From positions 11,085 through 75,084 of the forward strand of contig JADZEH010000004.1 of the NCBI GenBank assembly GCA_020850635.1: a stretch of 64,000 nucleotides of DNA. Direction: 5' to 3'. Source of the DNA: Candidatus Doudnabacteria bacterium. GTDB lineage: Bacteria; Patescibacteriota; Doudnabacteria; UBA920. The notes under the pieces were generated by a model that was given only the letters and a program-made list of their open reading frames with translations, did not search any database and was not told the DNA's origin. A program made the position numbers and the translations under genes. Shown in pieces: positions 46,869 through 57,987 of the stretch (positions are counted from its first letter, which is position 1; each line of letters starts with the position of its first letter).

Positions 46869-47232
46869 ACGAACTCCTAACCGGTCATCTGACCGAATTC
46901 GGAAGTTGAATAAATAGAACAATCTCTGAAATTGTCCTCCTAAAAATTGCGTAAGAACAAACCAAGTCCAAAAACTTGGGCCTTCTAGGATAACATTCAG
47001 AGCACTTTTGAGCAATGCTCTAAAAGTTACAAAAAATAGCACAATAAAACACCCTTTGCGGGTGCTTGGTGTGCTGGTGTTTAACAGCTGAATAGCGATT
47101 AGAAAATGTGAAATCAATTACGAGTCAATTCGTTTAAGATGTGTAGCTTTCATCGAAATGAAAACTAACGACCACGGAAATAACTGAACAGAAACTTCGA
47201 AAAGCTTTTGAGCAGAGATTTAAATTCCTTAG

Positions 47233-48688
<1,456 letters not shown>

Positions 48689-49358
48689 TAATATAAGACT
48701 GCACAACACACCGAAGTGCGGCAGAATGTTTGATTCTGTTTCCGCCAAATAAATGGCGATGAACTAATCTGGTGATACTGTATCTGCCGGATGACAGATT
48801 TAAAGCGTCGTATCACACGCTTTTGATTTTGGGAAATCAACACATATTCCGAGGAGGAATATATGCTCAAAGAATTGACGTAATTGAACATCTTACCCAT
48901 CAGATTGCTCTGATAGTTTTGTTGTCTACAATGTTTGACCTCTCATATTGCTATGAAAAGGTTTTGTACAATCACATTTCTAATCACTATTCAGCTGTCA
49001 AAGTACGTAAGGAGTTATTGGAAAGACAAACCTATAGGTTTTTCTTTCCAAACGCTCGCTATCGCGAGCCCTATCTTTTCCTAGAAGTTAACTCGTGCAC
49101 GGAATAAATCCGTTGCACTCGTTTACTATTTGGAACTGAGAGGAAGAGGTAAACAAGGAAACAAAAAACACATAAGCGGATTGCCTATAGTGCCTAATTC
49201 TCTGGATGGTCCAGACCCCTTATAATCGCTGTCTTTTGGACAGATACACAAGAGTAGAATTTATGGTATTTATTGCCTTTTTAATCTCCTGTGCGCCCTT
49301 ATTGAAGCGCTTTACAATATTAAAGTATTTAGGGGTCTATGTCAAGTGATTTTTCAAG

Positions 49359-49973
49359 CTATTTCAGCTCCAAACTAGCCCAGAGATATCTACACGCCAG
49401 AGTACGGTACGGGCTCCATTTGGAAGCGATTTTTTCAGCCTTTTTCTGAGTTAATTCCCCGCGCACTTTGTACAACTTCACGATCGCATTTCGAAGACCT
49501 AAATCACCATGAGAATAGACATCAGGACGGACAACGGCGAACATCAAAAACATTTCAGCGGTCCAACGGCCAATACCTTTGACCTGAACCAGCATCTCAA
49601 TAATTTCTTCCTCACTTTTAGTTTCTACCCCGCGAAAATGTAAGTCCCCACTGGCAACTCGACTCGCCAAATCTTTAATGTACTTAGTTTTTGCCCCAGA
49701 CAAACCGACGCTCCGCATTTTCGCATCAGACATTTTTAAAACTTCTTTTGGTTTGGGAAAAAGTTTGGTTTTAAACAACGCTCTAAATCGACCCTCAATA
49801 GTTTCTGCGGCTTTCATCGACAATTGCTGCGAAATAATCGATTCAACTAAAGCCTGAAAATAATTACTGTGAGGTTTGCGTAAATCTAATTCAACACGAT
49901 CAATTACCGACCTCAAAACGGGATCGGCTTTCTTTAAATATCTAACGGCTTTTTTAAATTCCTGTTCTGTCAT
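49359..49973 (-). CDS. HhH-GPD DNA glycosylase (3-methyladenine glycosylase II / AlkA-like)
   Basis: HhH-GPD core LVQVKGIGRWTAEMFLMFAVVRPDVYSHGDLGL. Confidence 0.75.
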   Translation of the reverse strand: MTEQEFKKAVRYLKKADPVLRSVIDRVELDLRKPHSNYFQALVESIISQQLSMKAAETIEGRFRALFKTKLFPKPKEVLKMSDAKMRSVGLSGAKTKYIKDLASRVASGDLHFRGVETKSEEEIIEMLVQVKGIGRWTAEMFLMFAVVRPDVYSHGDLGLRNAIVKLYKVRGELTQKKAEKIASKWSPYRTLACRYLWASLELK

Positions 49974-50384
49974 TTATGATGTGGCGCGCACAATTAACCA
50001 AACTATTGTTGCTAACACTGCAGCACTAATTATTATAAGCGAGGCCCAAACTATAATCAAAGTCCAAATGACTTTTTTGTAGATGCTGCGAACTTTAGTT
50101 TCAAGAGGAGCTGCTTTTGCCTTAGATTCTTCCCACACGACTTGCGGAATCAAATGCTTTATCAAGCGCAAACCCAACCCGATGATGATAAAGTCATCAA
50201 TCCAGCCAAGAAACGGAATAAAGTCAGGGATAAAATCCACCGGAGATAGCGCATAGGCAACCACACCAACTGCTAAGATTTTGGCAAGCAATGGAGTCCG
50301 CCAGTCCATAACAGCAAAATACAACGCTCCGGCTTCAGCTTTAAGCGCTTCTGTTTTGTTATTGAACAAAGAAATTGAAACCAT
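49974..50384 (-). CDS. DUF1232/YkvA-like membrane protein
   Basis: Signature DFIPDFIPFLGWIDD flanked by TM helices. Confidence 0.6.
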   Translation of the reverse strand: MVSISLFNNKTEALKAEAGALYFAVMDWRTPLLAKILAVGVVAYALSPVDFIPDFIPFLGWIDDFIIIGLGLRLIKHLIPQVVWEESKAKAAPLETKVRSIYKKVIWTLIIVWASLIIISAAVLATIVWLIVRATS

Positions 50385-50387
50385 AAT

Positions 50388-51053
50388 TTAGTCAAATTCT
50401 AATGGGACGTATTCAAGCTTTATTTCGTCTGTCATAGTCTGCTGTTTCTTTGGCGAAATCTTTTTTAGAGTTCGCTCCAAAGCTTTCGTTAATACAGGTT
50501 TCTCTAACTGAGAGTTAAGCATTTGTAAAAAGTTCCATAAAACTTGAGCGTCATCAAACGCCCGATGGCGATTTTCCGGACTAAAGTTATATCGTTCAAT
50601 AAGCGCACCCAAGTTGTGATGTTTCTCTTTTGGGAATAGGGCTCTTGATAATCGAACAGTACACAACTGTTGCGCGTCAAAGCCATAACCGACTCGACGA
50701 AATTCTTCTTTGATAAAGTCGTAATCAAACCCAACGTTGTGAGCCACAAACACGGAGTCTTCAAACAGCTCCAAAATTTCATCTTTCTTGTCTTCAAAAG
50801 TTGGGGCATCGATCAAATCTTCATCGCGCAAACCTGTGAGCTTGGTAATAAATTCGGGCAACTCGCGCAACGGATTTAAAAGCGTCTGATACTTCGCCAC
50901 CACCTCGCCTTTTTCCACGCGTAAAATCCCGATCTCAATGATTCGGTTAAAGTAAGGGTTTCCCCCTGTGGTCTCCACATCAACGATTGTAAAATTAGCG
51001 GTATCTATCATATCAATAGTTACTATAGTATAAAGAATAAACGGCTCTAACAA
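50388..51053 (-). CDS. DnaQ-like 3'-5' exonuclease (DEDDh)
   Basis: Exo I FTIVDVETTG, Exo II FVAHNVGFDYDFI, Exo III HRAFDDA. Confidence 0.75.
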   Translation of the reverse strand: MLEPFILYTIVTIDMIDTANFTIVDVETTGGNPYFNRIIEIGILRVEKGEVVAKYQTLLNPLRELPEFITKLTGLRDEDLIDAPTFEDKKDEILELFEDSVFVAHNVGFDYDFIKEEFRRVGYGFDAQQLCTVRLSRALFPKEKHHNLGALIERYNFSPENRHRAFDDAQVLWNFLQMLNSQLEKPVLTKALERTLKKISPKKQQTMTDEIKLEYVPLEFD

Positions 51054-51189
51054 AAGTCAGGGCCAAATATCCACCGTCAGGCTTGATTGTTTTATTTTTT
51101 TCTCCTCCACTCTGCCATATACTAAGAGTAAGTGAAGACTTTGCTCCAGCAAAGTAAGAGTCAACGCCTAAGCCAAGGAGGCTGACATC

Positions 51190-51669
51190 ATGCGCGCGAT
51201 CGTGTACACGTTGATCTTTGTGTTTTGGTTCGTCGGTCTCGGACTGATCACGGTAAACGCCCAATTCGCCAAGGACACGGGGATGTTCAAACCGCGGAAA
51301 GACGCCCCGATAGTCATGCGGATCGATGACAAAAGAAGTCTCCACATCTCGGACAGTGGCCCTGAAGAGTGGATCTTCTGTGTTTTCAAAACCGAGTTTG
51401 AGGAGAGACTCGATGCGGTCATCATCATGAAGACCGAAAAAGCTGAATATGCCGACAAATGCCCCATCATGCTCGTCATCTCCGACCGCGTCGGCGACAA
51501 GAACAGTATTGAATTTTCAGTGGCTGTAGGAGAAGCTCAGCAGACCCTGAAAATTCCAATACTCTACATGACCAAGGAATACAATCAAGACCGCAAGTGG
51601 CTACGGCAGGGGTACAGAAGAATGGTTCTAAGCCAACAAGAACAAGAAGGGGTGACTCACTACCAATGA
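51190..51669 (+). CDS. Hypothetical N-terminally anchored protein (GC-rich)
   Basis: AAGGAGG SD 9 nt upstream; N-terminal TM then a soluble domain; convergent with the ABC transporter gene. Confidence 0.45.
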   Translation: MRAIVYTLIFVFWFVGLGLITVNAQFAKDTGMFKPRKDAPIVMRIDDKRSLHISDSGPEEWIFCVFKTEFEERLDAVIIMKTEKAEYADKCPIMLVISDRVGDKNSIEFSVAVGEAQQTLKIPILYMTKEYNQDRKWLRQGYRRMVLSQQEQEGVTHYQ

Positions 51670-51742
51670 GCACTGATGCACAATCGAGAAGCTTTCGGAC
51701 CCGACATCCGGAAGCTTTTTCATATACAAAAATTTAGACAAA

Positions 51743-51768
51743 GAAAAAAGGGAGCTGGTTAGGCTCCC
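51743..51768 (-). terminator. Rho-independent terminator of the ABC transporter gene (stem GGGAGC/GCTCCC plus U-run)
   Basis: Minus RNA reads GGGGAGCCUAACCAGCUCCC followed by UUUUUU. An adjacent second palindrome GCACGCAGTGCGTGC is also present. Confidence 0.5.
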
Positions 51769-51792
51769 CTCGCACGCAGTGCGTGCAATGTA

Positions 51793-53619
51793 TCAAACTG
51801 CTTTACCCTTCGCCTCTCCGTGCGAGTATGCATCCCATAACTGACGGAACGCTGGGCACTTCCTAAGAAGCTCTTCAAAACTTCCTGACGCTACCAAGCG
51901 ACCCTTCTCGAAGTAAAAAACCTCATCGAACATGGGTAGCAGGTGCAATCGATGGATAGACGAGACGATCGTCTTTCCGACGAACTCACGAAAGATGTTT
52001 TGGTAGACGCGCATCTCCGTCGCCGTATCCAAACTACTCGTAGGCTCATCGAGCAGAACGATGTCTTTGCCATCGCAGGCCAGCAGCCCACGTGCCAAAG
52101 CCGCTCGTTGCTGCTGTCCTCCCGACAGATTTACACCCTTTTCCTGCACGGACGACTGGAATCCATTCGGAAGTCTTAGAACAACCCCAGTGAAACAAGC
52201 CATGTCAGTGAACTTGCAGACAAACGCTTGGGTGTACTCTGCCCCAACCGTGATATTCTCCCAGATCGTAGTCGCGAAAATCTCGTAGAGCTGTGGAACC
52301 AATGCGATCGCTCTACTGATCCCGGCAAAACCATCAGGAATCACCCGACCATCCACACTAAGCTTCAAGCTTCTCGGGTGATAGAGGTCACGAATGACCT
52401 TGAGCAATGTGGTCTTACCACTACCACTCTCACCCACGAACGCGTAGCGCTTGCCTCGTATAAGCTCGAAAGAAATGTTGTCGAGATGCGACTCAATCTC
52501 ACTCGGCTCGTCGACAGGCGCGGGGTAGGAGAAGCTCAGGTCTGAAATCTCCAACTTTTGCCACGACCCCGGAAGAACGTGGTTGGTGAAATTCTCAGGC
52601 TTGAAGTCGTCTGAGAGTTCCTCGGAGTTTAGAACTTTGGCTTTCTGTTGAAGAACCTCGCTGTACTTCTCGGTGAACTGGAAGAATCGCTCTCCGATAT
52701 CCTGCAGGTATCTCCCCAGCAAGTAAAGGCTGGGAATTAGTAAGGCGCTAGAGGTCCCTATATTCTGCCAAAAGTACACACCCAGCACGAGAATGGCCAT
52801 GACGGTACAACACATATTGGTCGAGAACCACTTGAGCTCATTAAGACGCTGATTGTCTCGAAACAAAGCAGCGGGCTCGTTAAGCTTGCGCATGATTGCT
52901 TCGTAGACCAACTTCTCAACCCGCAATATGATAACGGTCGTGATGTTACTGATCGCATCAAAGGTGCTCTCAGAAATTCTGTTCTCAGCATGACCAAGTT
53001 GTTTGTATTGAGCGATGATCGTTCGGTCAAACAACATAGTGATACGGATAGAGATGAATAACATCACCAAAACGATAACCACTGAGGGAGGACTGAACCA
53101 GCCCAAAATGACACAACTAATAACGAACTTGATAACCGCGCTGATGACCTGGAAGGAACTGGTCGAAAATGAGAACAACGCATCGGTTCCCTTCCCGACC
53201 TTGTCAATCGTATCACCGGAGTGATGGTTACCATGCCACTCCAACGGGAGTGTCAAAACCCCTTTCATCAAGAAACCCCGGTAATTCACGCGGGTCTTGT
53301 ACGCATTATTGCGCTCGATGCACCGTGCTGGACCATGGAAACTCCAAAACACAATATCAATGACCAACGTCAGGCTTAAGATCCCGTAGATGGTAAAGAT
53401 ATTCTGCTCGGTAATGCCATCCTTCTGGATGATACTAAAGATTGTGGCCATGACGAGAGGCTGAAAGCACATCTCGAAAGCGTTGGCGACAATGAACATG
53501 ACCCAATACAGGACCACCTTCCGACGATTACCATCCGAGTACCTCCACGTTTTAGAGAAGAGGTACGTCAGGGGATTTCGATCACTATCAAGCTTAGCTT
53601 CCTTGCGAGAGAAGAGCAT
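51793..53619 (-). CDS. ABC exporter, fused permease (6 TM) plus ATPase
   Basis: Walker A GESGSGKTTLLKV, signature LSGGQQQRAALARGLL, Walker B IVLLDEPTSSLD. GC-rich. Confidence 0.8.
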   Translation of the reverse strand: MLFSRKEAKLDSDRNPLTYLFSKTWRYSDGNRRKVVLYWVMFIVANAFEMCFQPLVMATIFSIIQKDGITEQNIFTIYGILSLTLVIDIVFWSFHGPARCIERNNAYKTRVNYRGFLMKGVLTLPLEWHGNHHSGDTIDKVGKGTDALFSFSTSSFQVISAVIKFVISCVILGWFSPPSVVIVLVMLFISIRITMLFDRTIIAQYKQLGHAENRISESTFDAISNITTVIILRVEKLVYEAIMRKLNEPAALFRDNQRLNELKWFSTNMCCTVMAILVLGVYFWQNIGTSSALLIPSLYLLGRYLQDIGERFFQFTEKYSEVLQQKAKVLNSEELSDDFKPENFTNHVLPGSWQKLEISDLSFSYPAPVDEPSEIESHLDNISFELIRGKRYAFVGESGSGKTTLLKVIRDLYHPRSLKLSVDGRVIPDGFAGISRAIALVPQLYEIFATTIWENITVGAEYTQAFVCKFTDMACFTGVVLRLPNGFQSSVQEKGVNLSGGQQQRAALARGLLACDGKDIVLLDEPTSSLDTATEMRVYQNIFREFVGKTIVSSIHRLHLLPMFDEVFYFEKGRLVASGSFEELLRKCPAFRQLWDAYSHGEAKGKAV

Positions 53620-53657
53620 GACTTCCTCCTATTCAATTTTGGAACGGCGGCAGGGCG

Positions 53658-53690
53658 CAAAAAAGCGCCGCAGCTTTCGCCGCGGCGCTT
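53658..53690 (-). terminator. GC-rich hairpin plus U-run (AAGCGCCGC...GCGGCGCUU then UUUUUU on the minus strand) between clpP and the ABC gene
   Basis: 9-bp stem followed on the minus strand by a T-run. Confidence 0.45.
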
Positions 53691-53956
53691 AGGAGTGATG
53701 ATTTAGTTTCGAATCAAAATCATACCTAATGGTCGTGGCAAAAACGCTAAAAGAGCTTCGCTGGTGCGGGCTGGAAAAATGACGTTCTGAGTTGTAAACA
53801 TGAGTATTTTCATGTGTTCTCGACCATTTAGGTTAATTATCTTGTGTTTCGCTACTAAAAGTAGACGGCGCTTTTTAAGCAATGTTACAGAATACGACAA
53901 AAAGTCGGTCTTGTCAAGACAAAGAAAAACACCGCCACTTGGGCGGTGTTTGAAGT

Positions 53957-54532
53957 TTACTGGATAATCTTATCGATAATCCCGTACTTCTTGGCTTCTT
54001 CAGCGGTCATAAAGTAATCACGGTCTGTGTCAGTTTCAATTTTCTTTAAGCTTTGACCTGTGTGCTTTACCAAAATCTGATTAACTTGTTCTTTAATGCG
54101 CAACATTTCCTTAGCTTGAATTTCCACATCTTTTTGTCGGCCTTCAATACCACCAGCAACCTGGTGGATCATGATGCGAGCATTTGGTAAAGCATAGCGC
54201 TTACCCTTGGTACCAGCGGAAAGTAAAACAGCGGCGGCGCTAGCAGCTTGACCGATACAAATTGTAGCAACGTTAGCTTTAACGTGTTGAATTGTATCAT
54301 ACATAGCCATTGCAGAAGTTACAGAACCACCGGGAGAGTTAATATAAATTTTGATGTCGTCTTTATTATTCTCAGCATCTAAAAACAAGAGCTGGGCAAT
54401 TAAAGTATTAGCAACAGCATCATCGATAGGCTCACCTAAAAAGATAATACGATCTTTAAGTAAACGGCTGTAAATATCATACGCACGTTCACCCATCGAA
54501 GATTTTTCAATAACCATTGGGACTAAGGGCAT
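53957..54532 (-). CDS. clpP: ATP-dependent Clp protease proteolytic subunit
   Basis: ClpP fold sequence with the catalytic Ser context [11 protein letters not shown] and typical N-terminal MPLVPMVIE...[18 protein letters not shown]. Confidence 0.9.
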   Translation of the reverse strand: MPLVPMVIEKSSMGERAYDIYSRLLKDRIIFLGEPIDDAVANTLIAQLLFLDAENNKDDIKIYINSPGGSVTSAMAMYDTIQHVKANVATICIGQAASAAAVLLSAGTKGKRYALPNARIMIHQVAGGIEGRQKDVEIQAKEMLRIKEQVNQILVKHTGQSLKKIETDTDRDYFMTAEEAKKYGIIDKIIQ

Positions 54533-54559
54533 AGGATTTGTAGTTTAGTTAATAATTAA

Positions 54560-55705
54560 CTAGCTCTGAGGTTCTTCTGCTGGAGTCTCTTCGGTGGCAG
54601 CTTCGGCTTCTGGGGCTTCGTCGGTTGGTTCGGCTTCGGCCACAATTTCGCCTTCAGCAGTTTCGCCCATGTTTTCACCAGCGATATCAATTTTCCAACC
54701 GGTTAAGCGAGCAGCGAGACGAACGTTTTGTCCGGCTTTACCGATAGCTAAAGATAATTGATCTTCCAGCACCCCAACTTTGGCTTCTTTAGCTTCGTCG
54801 TCGAGCTGAACATTAACGATTTTAGCTGGAGACAAAGCATTGGCAATAAATTTTACAGGATCTTCATCCCATTCAATGATATCGATTTTCTCACCACCAA
54901 GTTCAGACATAACGGTTTGAACGCGAGTACCTTTTTGTCCGACACAAGAACCAATTGGATCAATGCCTTCTTGGGTGGACATAACGGCAATCTTGGAACG
55001 GCTTCCAGCTTCGCGAGCCACAGCTTTAATTTCTACTGTGCCGTTAAAAATTTCTGGAACTTCAATTTCAAACAACTGACGAACCATATCGGGATGACTG
55101 CGGGACAAAGTAATCTTTGGACCCTTTGCAGTTGGTTCAACATGCAAAACCAAAACTTTAATGCGCTGACCAACAGAATACTTCTCACCGCGGATTTGTT
55201 CAGATGGGAAAAGCACACCAGTCCCCTTACCTAAGTCGACCACAACTGTATCACCTTCAACACGCTGAATAATACCGTTCTGGAGTGTACGTTCTTTAGC
55301 TTTGAAATCTGAGAACTGAGCGTTGCGTTCGGCTTCACGAAGTTTCTGGATAATAACTTGCTTGGCGGTCTGAGCAGCAATGCGTCCATAGTTGGTACCA
55401 GAAGCTGGGGTAATTTCAGTTTTAATTTCATCACCAACCTTAGCACCTTTCTTAAGTGCTTGGGCGGCTTCCACATCAAGTTCTTTTTGAGGGTCTTCAA
55501 CTTCAGCAACAACTGTTTTTACATCAAAAACTTTGGCAGACAAAGTTTCTGGTAAAAACTCAACGACAATGTTCTGATCTTTCTCTCCATAGTCTTTACG
55601 AAACGCAGCGGCTAAGCTGGCTTCGATCATAGACAAAAGTTCGACACGGGAAATGCCTTTTTCGTCTTCTATTTGGGCTAACGCTTGTTCAAATTCTTCG
55701 TTCAT
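54560..55705 (-). CDS. nusA: Transcription termination/antitermination factor NusA (short form lacking AR domains, acidic tail)
   Basis: Aligns with E. coli NusA through the N-terminal domain, S1 and two KH domains (ITQTAKQVIIQKLREAER..., IEVPEI..GTVEIKAVAREAGSRSKIAV, GQNVRLAARLTGWKIDI). Confidence 0.85.
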   Translation of the reverse strand: MNEEFEQALAQIEDEKGISRVELLSMIEASLAAAFRKDYGEKDQNIVVEFLPETLSAKVFDVKTVVAEVEDPQKELDVEAAQALKKGAKVGDEIKTEITPASGTNYGRIAAQTAKQVIIQKLREAERNAQFSDFKAKERTLQNGIIQRVEGDTVVVDLGKGTGVLFPSEQIRGEKYSVGQRIKVLVLHVEPTAKGPKITLSRSHPDMVRQLFEIEVPEIFNGTVEIKAVAREAGSRSKIAVMSTQEGIDPIGSCVGQKGTRVQTVMSELGGEKIDIIEWDEDPVKFIANALSPAKIVNVQLDDEAKEAKVGVLEDQLSLAIGKAGQNVRLAARLTGWKIDIAGENMGETAEGEIVAEAEPTDEAPEAEAATEETPAEEPQS

Positions 55706-55775
55706 ATATTTGGTTCCTTATTAAGTTTTTAAAAAAGATGAGCCATCGGCTCATCAATCAAGAGGTCTTAGAAAT

Positions 55776-56186
55776 TCAGTGACTATCTTCTACTGCATTC
55801 GTTATTATTCTAACACTTTTAGACTGTTTGTCAAGCTTAGAGAGGATAACCACACAGACATCAATACGCGGTTGGAGGTGATTTAATTCGCGATGATTGG
55901 CTAAAAATATCTTTACCGCTTTCAACAACTTTCGCTGTTTAGCCAGACCAACCGCGGCGGCTCCCTCACCATATTTATCACTTCCCTCTGTCCTGGTCTT
56001 TACCTCTACAAAAACCAGTTTGGATTCATTCTTTGCCACAAAATCAATTTCACCAAGCTGTTTTCCAGTATGATTAAAGACATTGCTAGCAATTATTTCA
56101 AAGCCGTCTTTCTGATATTCTTCCTGGGCGAGACTTTCACCCAAGGCTCCAACAGACAACGCAGCTTTTCGAGCAACAACACTCAT
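55776..56186 (-). CDS. yraN: YraN/UPF0102-family endonuclease-like protein
   Basis: GESLAQEEY...GEIDFVAK...VFVEVKTR pattern of the family. Confidence 0.7.
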   Translation of the reverse strand: MSVVARKAALSVGALGESLAQEEYQKDGFEIIASNVFNHTGKQLGEIDFVAKNESKLVFVEVKTRTEGSDKYGEGAAAVGLAKQRKLLKAVKIFLANHRELNHLQPRIDVCVVILSKLDKQSKSVRIITNAVEDSH

Positions 56187-56200
56187 GACAAAAACAGCGC

Positions 56201-56605
56201 TTAGCGCTGTTTAGTTAGATACTTAAGTTTGACTTGCTCTTTCTGCCAAGTCTCAAGCGCAGCTTTGCGATTCTTGAACAGATCTTTAACCAAAAAGGCC
56301 AAACGTACCAAGAAGGCTAAACCGATTAAGCCAGCAACAAACAGAGTGCCCAAGTATGTCGCATTTTCATATCGAAACACGAACCAAATCATTTCCACAA
56401 AACCAGTGGCTAATAAAGCGTTAGCAAACTTACCAAGCAATGCTTTATCAAACGGATTTTTTGTTCGGCGATTGATCAACACCAAGACAATACCGACGAC
56501 AACAAAACCAACACCGATTCCAAGCACAACTTTATCAACCAAGTGCAAACCGATAGTGTCTATATTAAACCAATAATCAGAAGTAAGGATATTCTTGTAG
56601 TTCAT
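56201..56605 (-). CDS. Hypothetical 3-TM membrane protein
   Basis: Hydrophobic helices only. Confidence 0.45.
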   Translation of the reverse strand: MNYKNILTSDYWFNIDTIGLHLVDKVVLGIGVGFVVVGIVLVLINRRTKNPFDKALLGKFANALLATGFVEMIWFVFRYENATYLGTLFVAGLIGLAFLVRLAFLVKDLFKNRKAALETWQKEQVKLKYLTKQR

Positions 56606-56631
56606 ATACCAAGCAGATTAATCAAAAATAA

Positions 56632-57159
56632 TTATTTTGTAAAGACCATGGCGTAATGGAAAGTGTCAGCCGAAATGTCCTGTTTCTTTTTGAAACCAAG
56701 TTTGATGACTTCAGCTTCCATGGCTTCTTTAGCAATGCGCTTTTCCTGAGGTGGTCCAAATAAAGTGAAGCCTTGAATCCATTCAACCACCAAAAGCTTA
56801 CCATCGGTTTTAAGGGCGCGATACGCATTGGTAAACACTGGCTCTCGATGAGGAATCTCATGCAAGATACTGGCTGTAATCACTAAGTCGCAACTTGCAT
56901 CCGGGACTTCATTAACTTGCTGTTCCAAATTAGCCTGAACCGTATCAATATTAGTGTAACCAAGTTGATGAGCGATGGACTGAGTGAAAGCTAACTTGCT
57001 TTCCTGAATGTCGACAGCGTAAATAAGGCCGGAGGGGCCAACAATTTTTGCTGCGGGGATGGTATAGAAGCCACCACCACAACCCAAGTCCGCCACGATT
57101 TGGCCATTATGCAAACCGGTTTGGGCGACTACATCAGCTGGATTAATAAATTTATTCAT
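56632..57159 (-). CDS. Class I SAM-dependent methyltransferase
   Basis: Motif I VADLGCGGGFYT. Confidence 0.7.
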   Translation of the reverse strand: MNKFINPADVVAQTGLHNGQIVADLGCGGGFYTIPAAKIVGPSGLIYAVDIQESKLAFTQSIAHQLGYTNIDTVQANLEQQVNEVPDASCDLVITASILHEIPHREPVFTNAYRALKTDGKLLVVEWIQGFTLFGPPQEKRIAKEAMEAEVIKLGFKKKQDISADTFHYAMVFTK

Positions 57160-57175
57160 AATTTTGTTTTTACTA

Positions 57176-57976
57176 TTATAAACTAAAGCGCTTCAAGATT
57201 TTCTCAACTTTGATTGCCCGCGGGCCATCTGTTTCTATGAATAGTGCGTTCACTATAACCTCATTTCCTTCTGCAACCTCGTAGCTAAACTTTCCTTGAT
57301 CTAAAAATGGGCTCATCGCGGCTTCAATTTTTGCGCCGAGCACAGAATTTTCAGGCCCAACCATGCCCAAATCGGTCACATAAGCTGTTCCTTTTGGTAA
57401 AATTCGCGCATCAGCTGTTGGAATGTGGGTATGGGTCCCGACGACTACACTCGCTCGGCCATCTAGATGCCAACCCATCGCGACTTTTTCACTTGTCGCT
57501 TCAGCATGAAAATCCACTACTATTATATCATCTTTTTGAGATTCGTTGGCTAAAATAGTATCGATGGCAAAAAATGGGTTACTAATTTCACCACGGAATT
57601 GAGTTTCAAAAAAAACTTTACCATTTATATTGATCAGTAAAATTTGTTGACCGTTAACACTAAAGCGGTAGTGGCCATGACCTGGCCACGTGCCTTCATA
57701 ATTAGCAGGACGAATTAAATTCTCAAACTGTTCAAATGCAGCTGTAGAATGTTCACCTTTACTAAAAACATGATTGCCAGAGGTGTAGGCGTGAATACCA
57801 AGCTCAGCAAGTTCTTGCATTGTTGATGGTGTCACACCTTTACCATGAGCCATGTTCTCAACGTTGACGATGACCACGTCTGCCGAATACTCTTTTTTAA
57901 GCATAGGCAAAACCTGGGCTAGCGCATGCCGCCCAGGTCGTCCTACTACATCTCCAAAAAATAGAATTTTTGTCAT
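57176..57976 (-). CDS. ymdB: YmdB-family metallophosphoesterase (2',3'-cyclic-nucleotide phosphodiesterase-like)
   Basis: MTKILFFGDVVGRPGR, VENMAHGKG and GNHVF motifs; adjacent to rny as in Bacillus. Confidence 0.8.
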   Translation of the reverse strand: MTKILFFGDVVGRPGRHALAQVLPMLKKEYSADVVIVNVENMAHGKGVTPSTMQELAELGIHAYTSGNHVFSKGEHSTAAFEQFENLIRPANYEGTWPGHGHYRFSVNGQQILLININGKVFFETQFRGEISNPFFAIDTILANESQKDDIIVVDFHAEATSEKVAMGWHLDGRASVVVGTHTHIPTADARILPKGTAYVTDLGMVGPENSVLGAKIEAAMSPFLDQGKFSYEVAEGNEVIVNALFIETDGPRAIKVEKILKRFSL

Positions 57977-57987
57977 TAACTAATTTT

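Noticed and set aside
42975-47117. Track ORF gives purL a 1380-aa product starting MISHFLIAIQ with a TTG start at 47117
   Set aside because: The first 83 residues are low-complexity read-through of the 16S-purL spacer. The MQLSKLFRR start about 46868 has an AGGAG SD and reproduces the length and N-terminus of E. coli PurL.
48772-49107. 111-aa plus-strand ORF in the region upstream of the 16S gene
   Set aside because: Low-complexity product, no SD. The region is more plausibly the rRNA leader or promoter region on the opposite strand.
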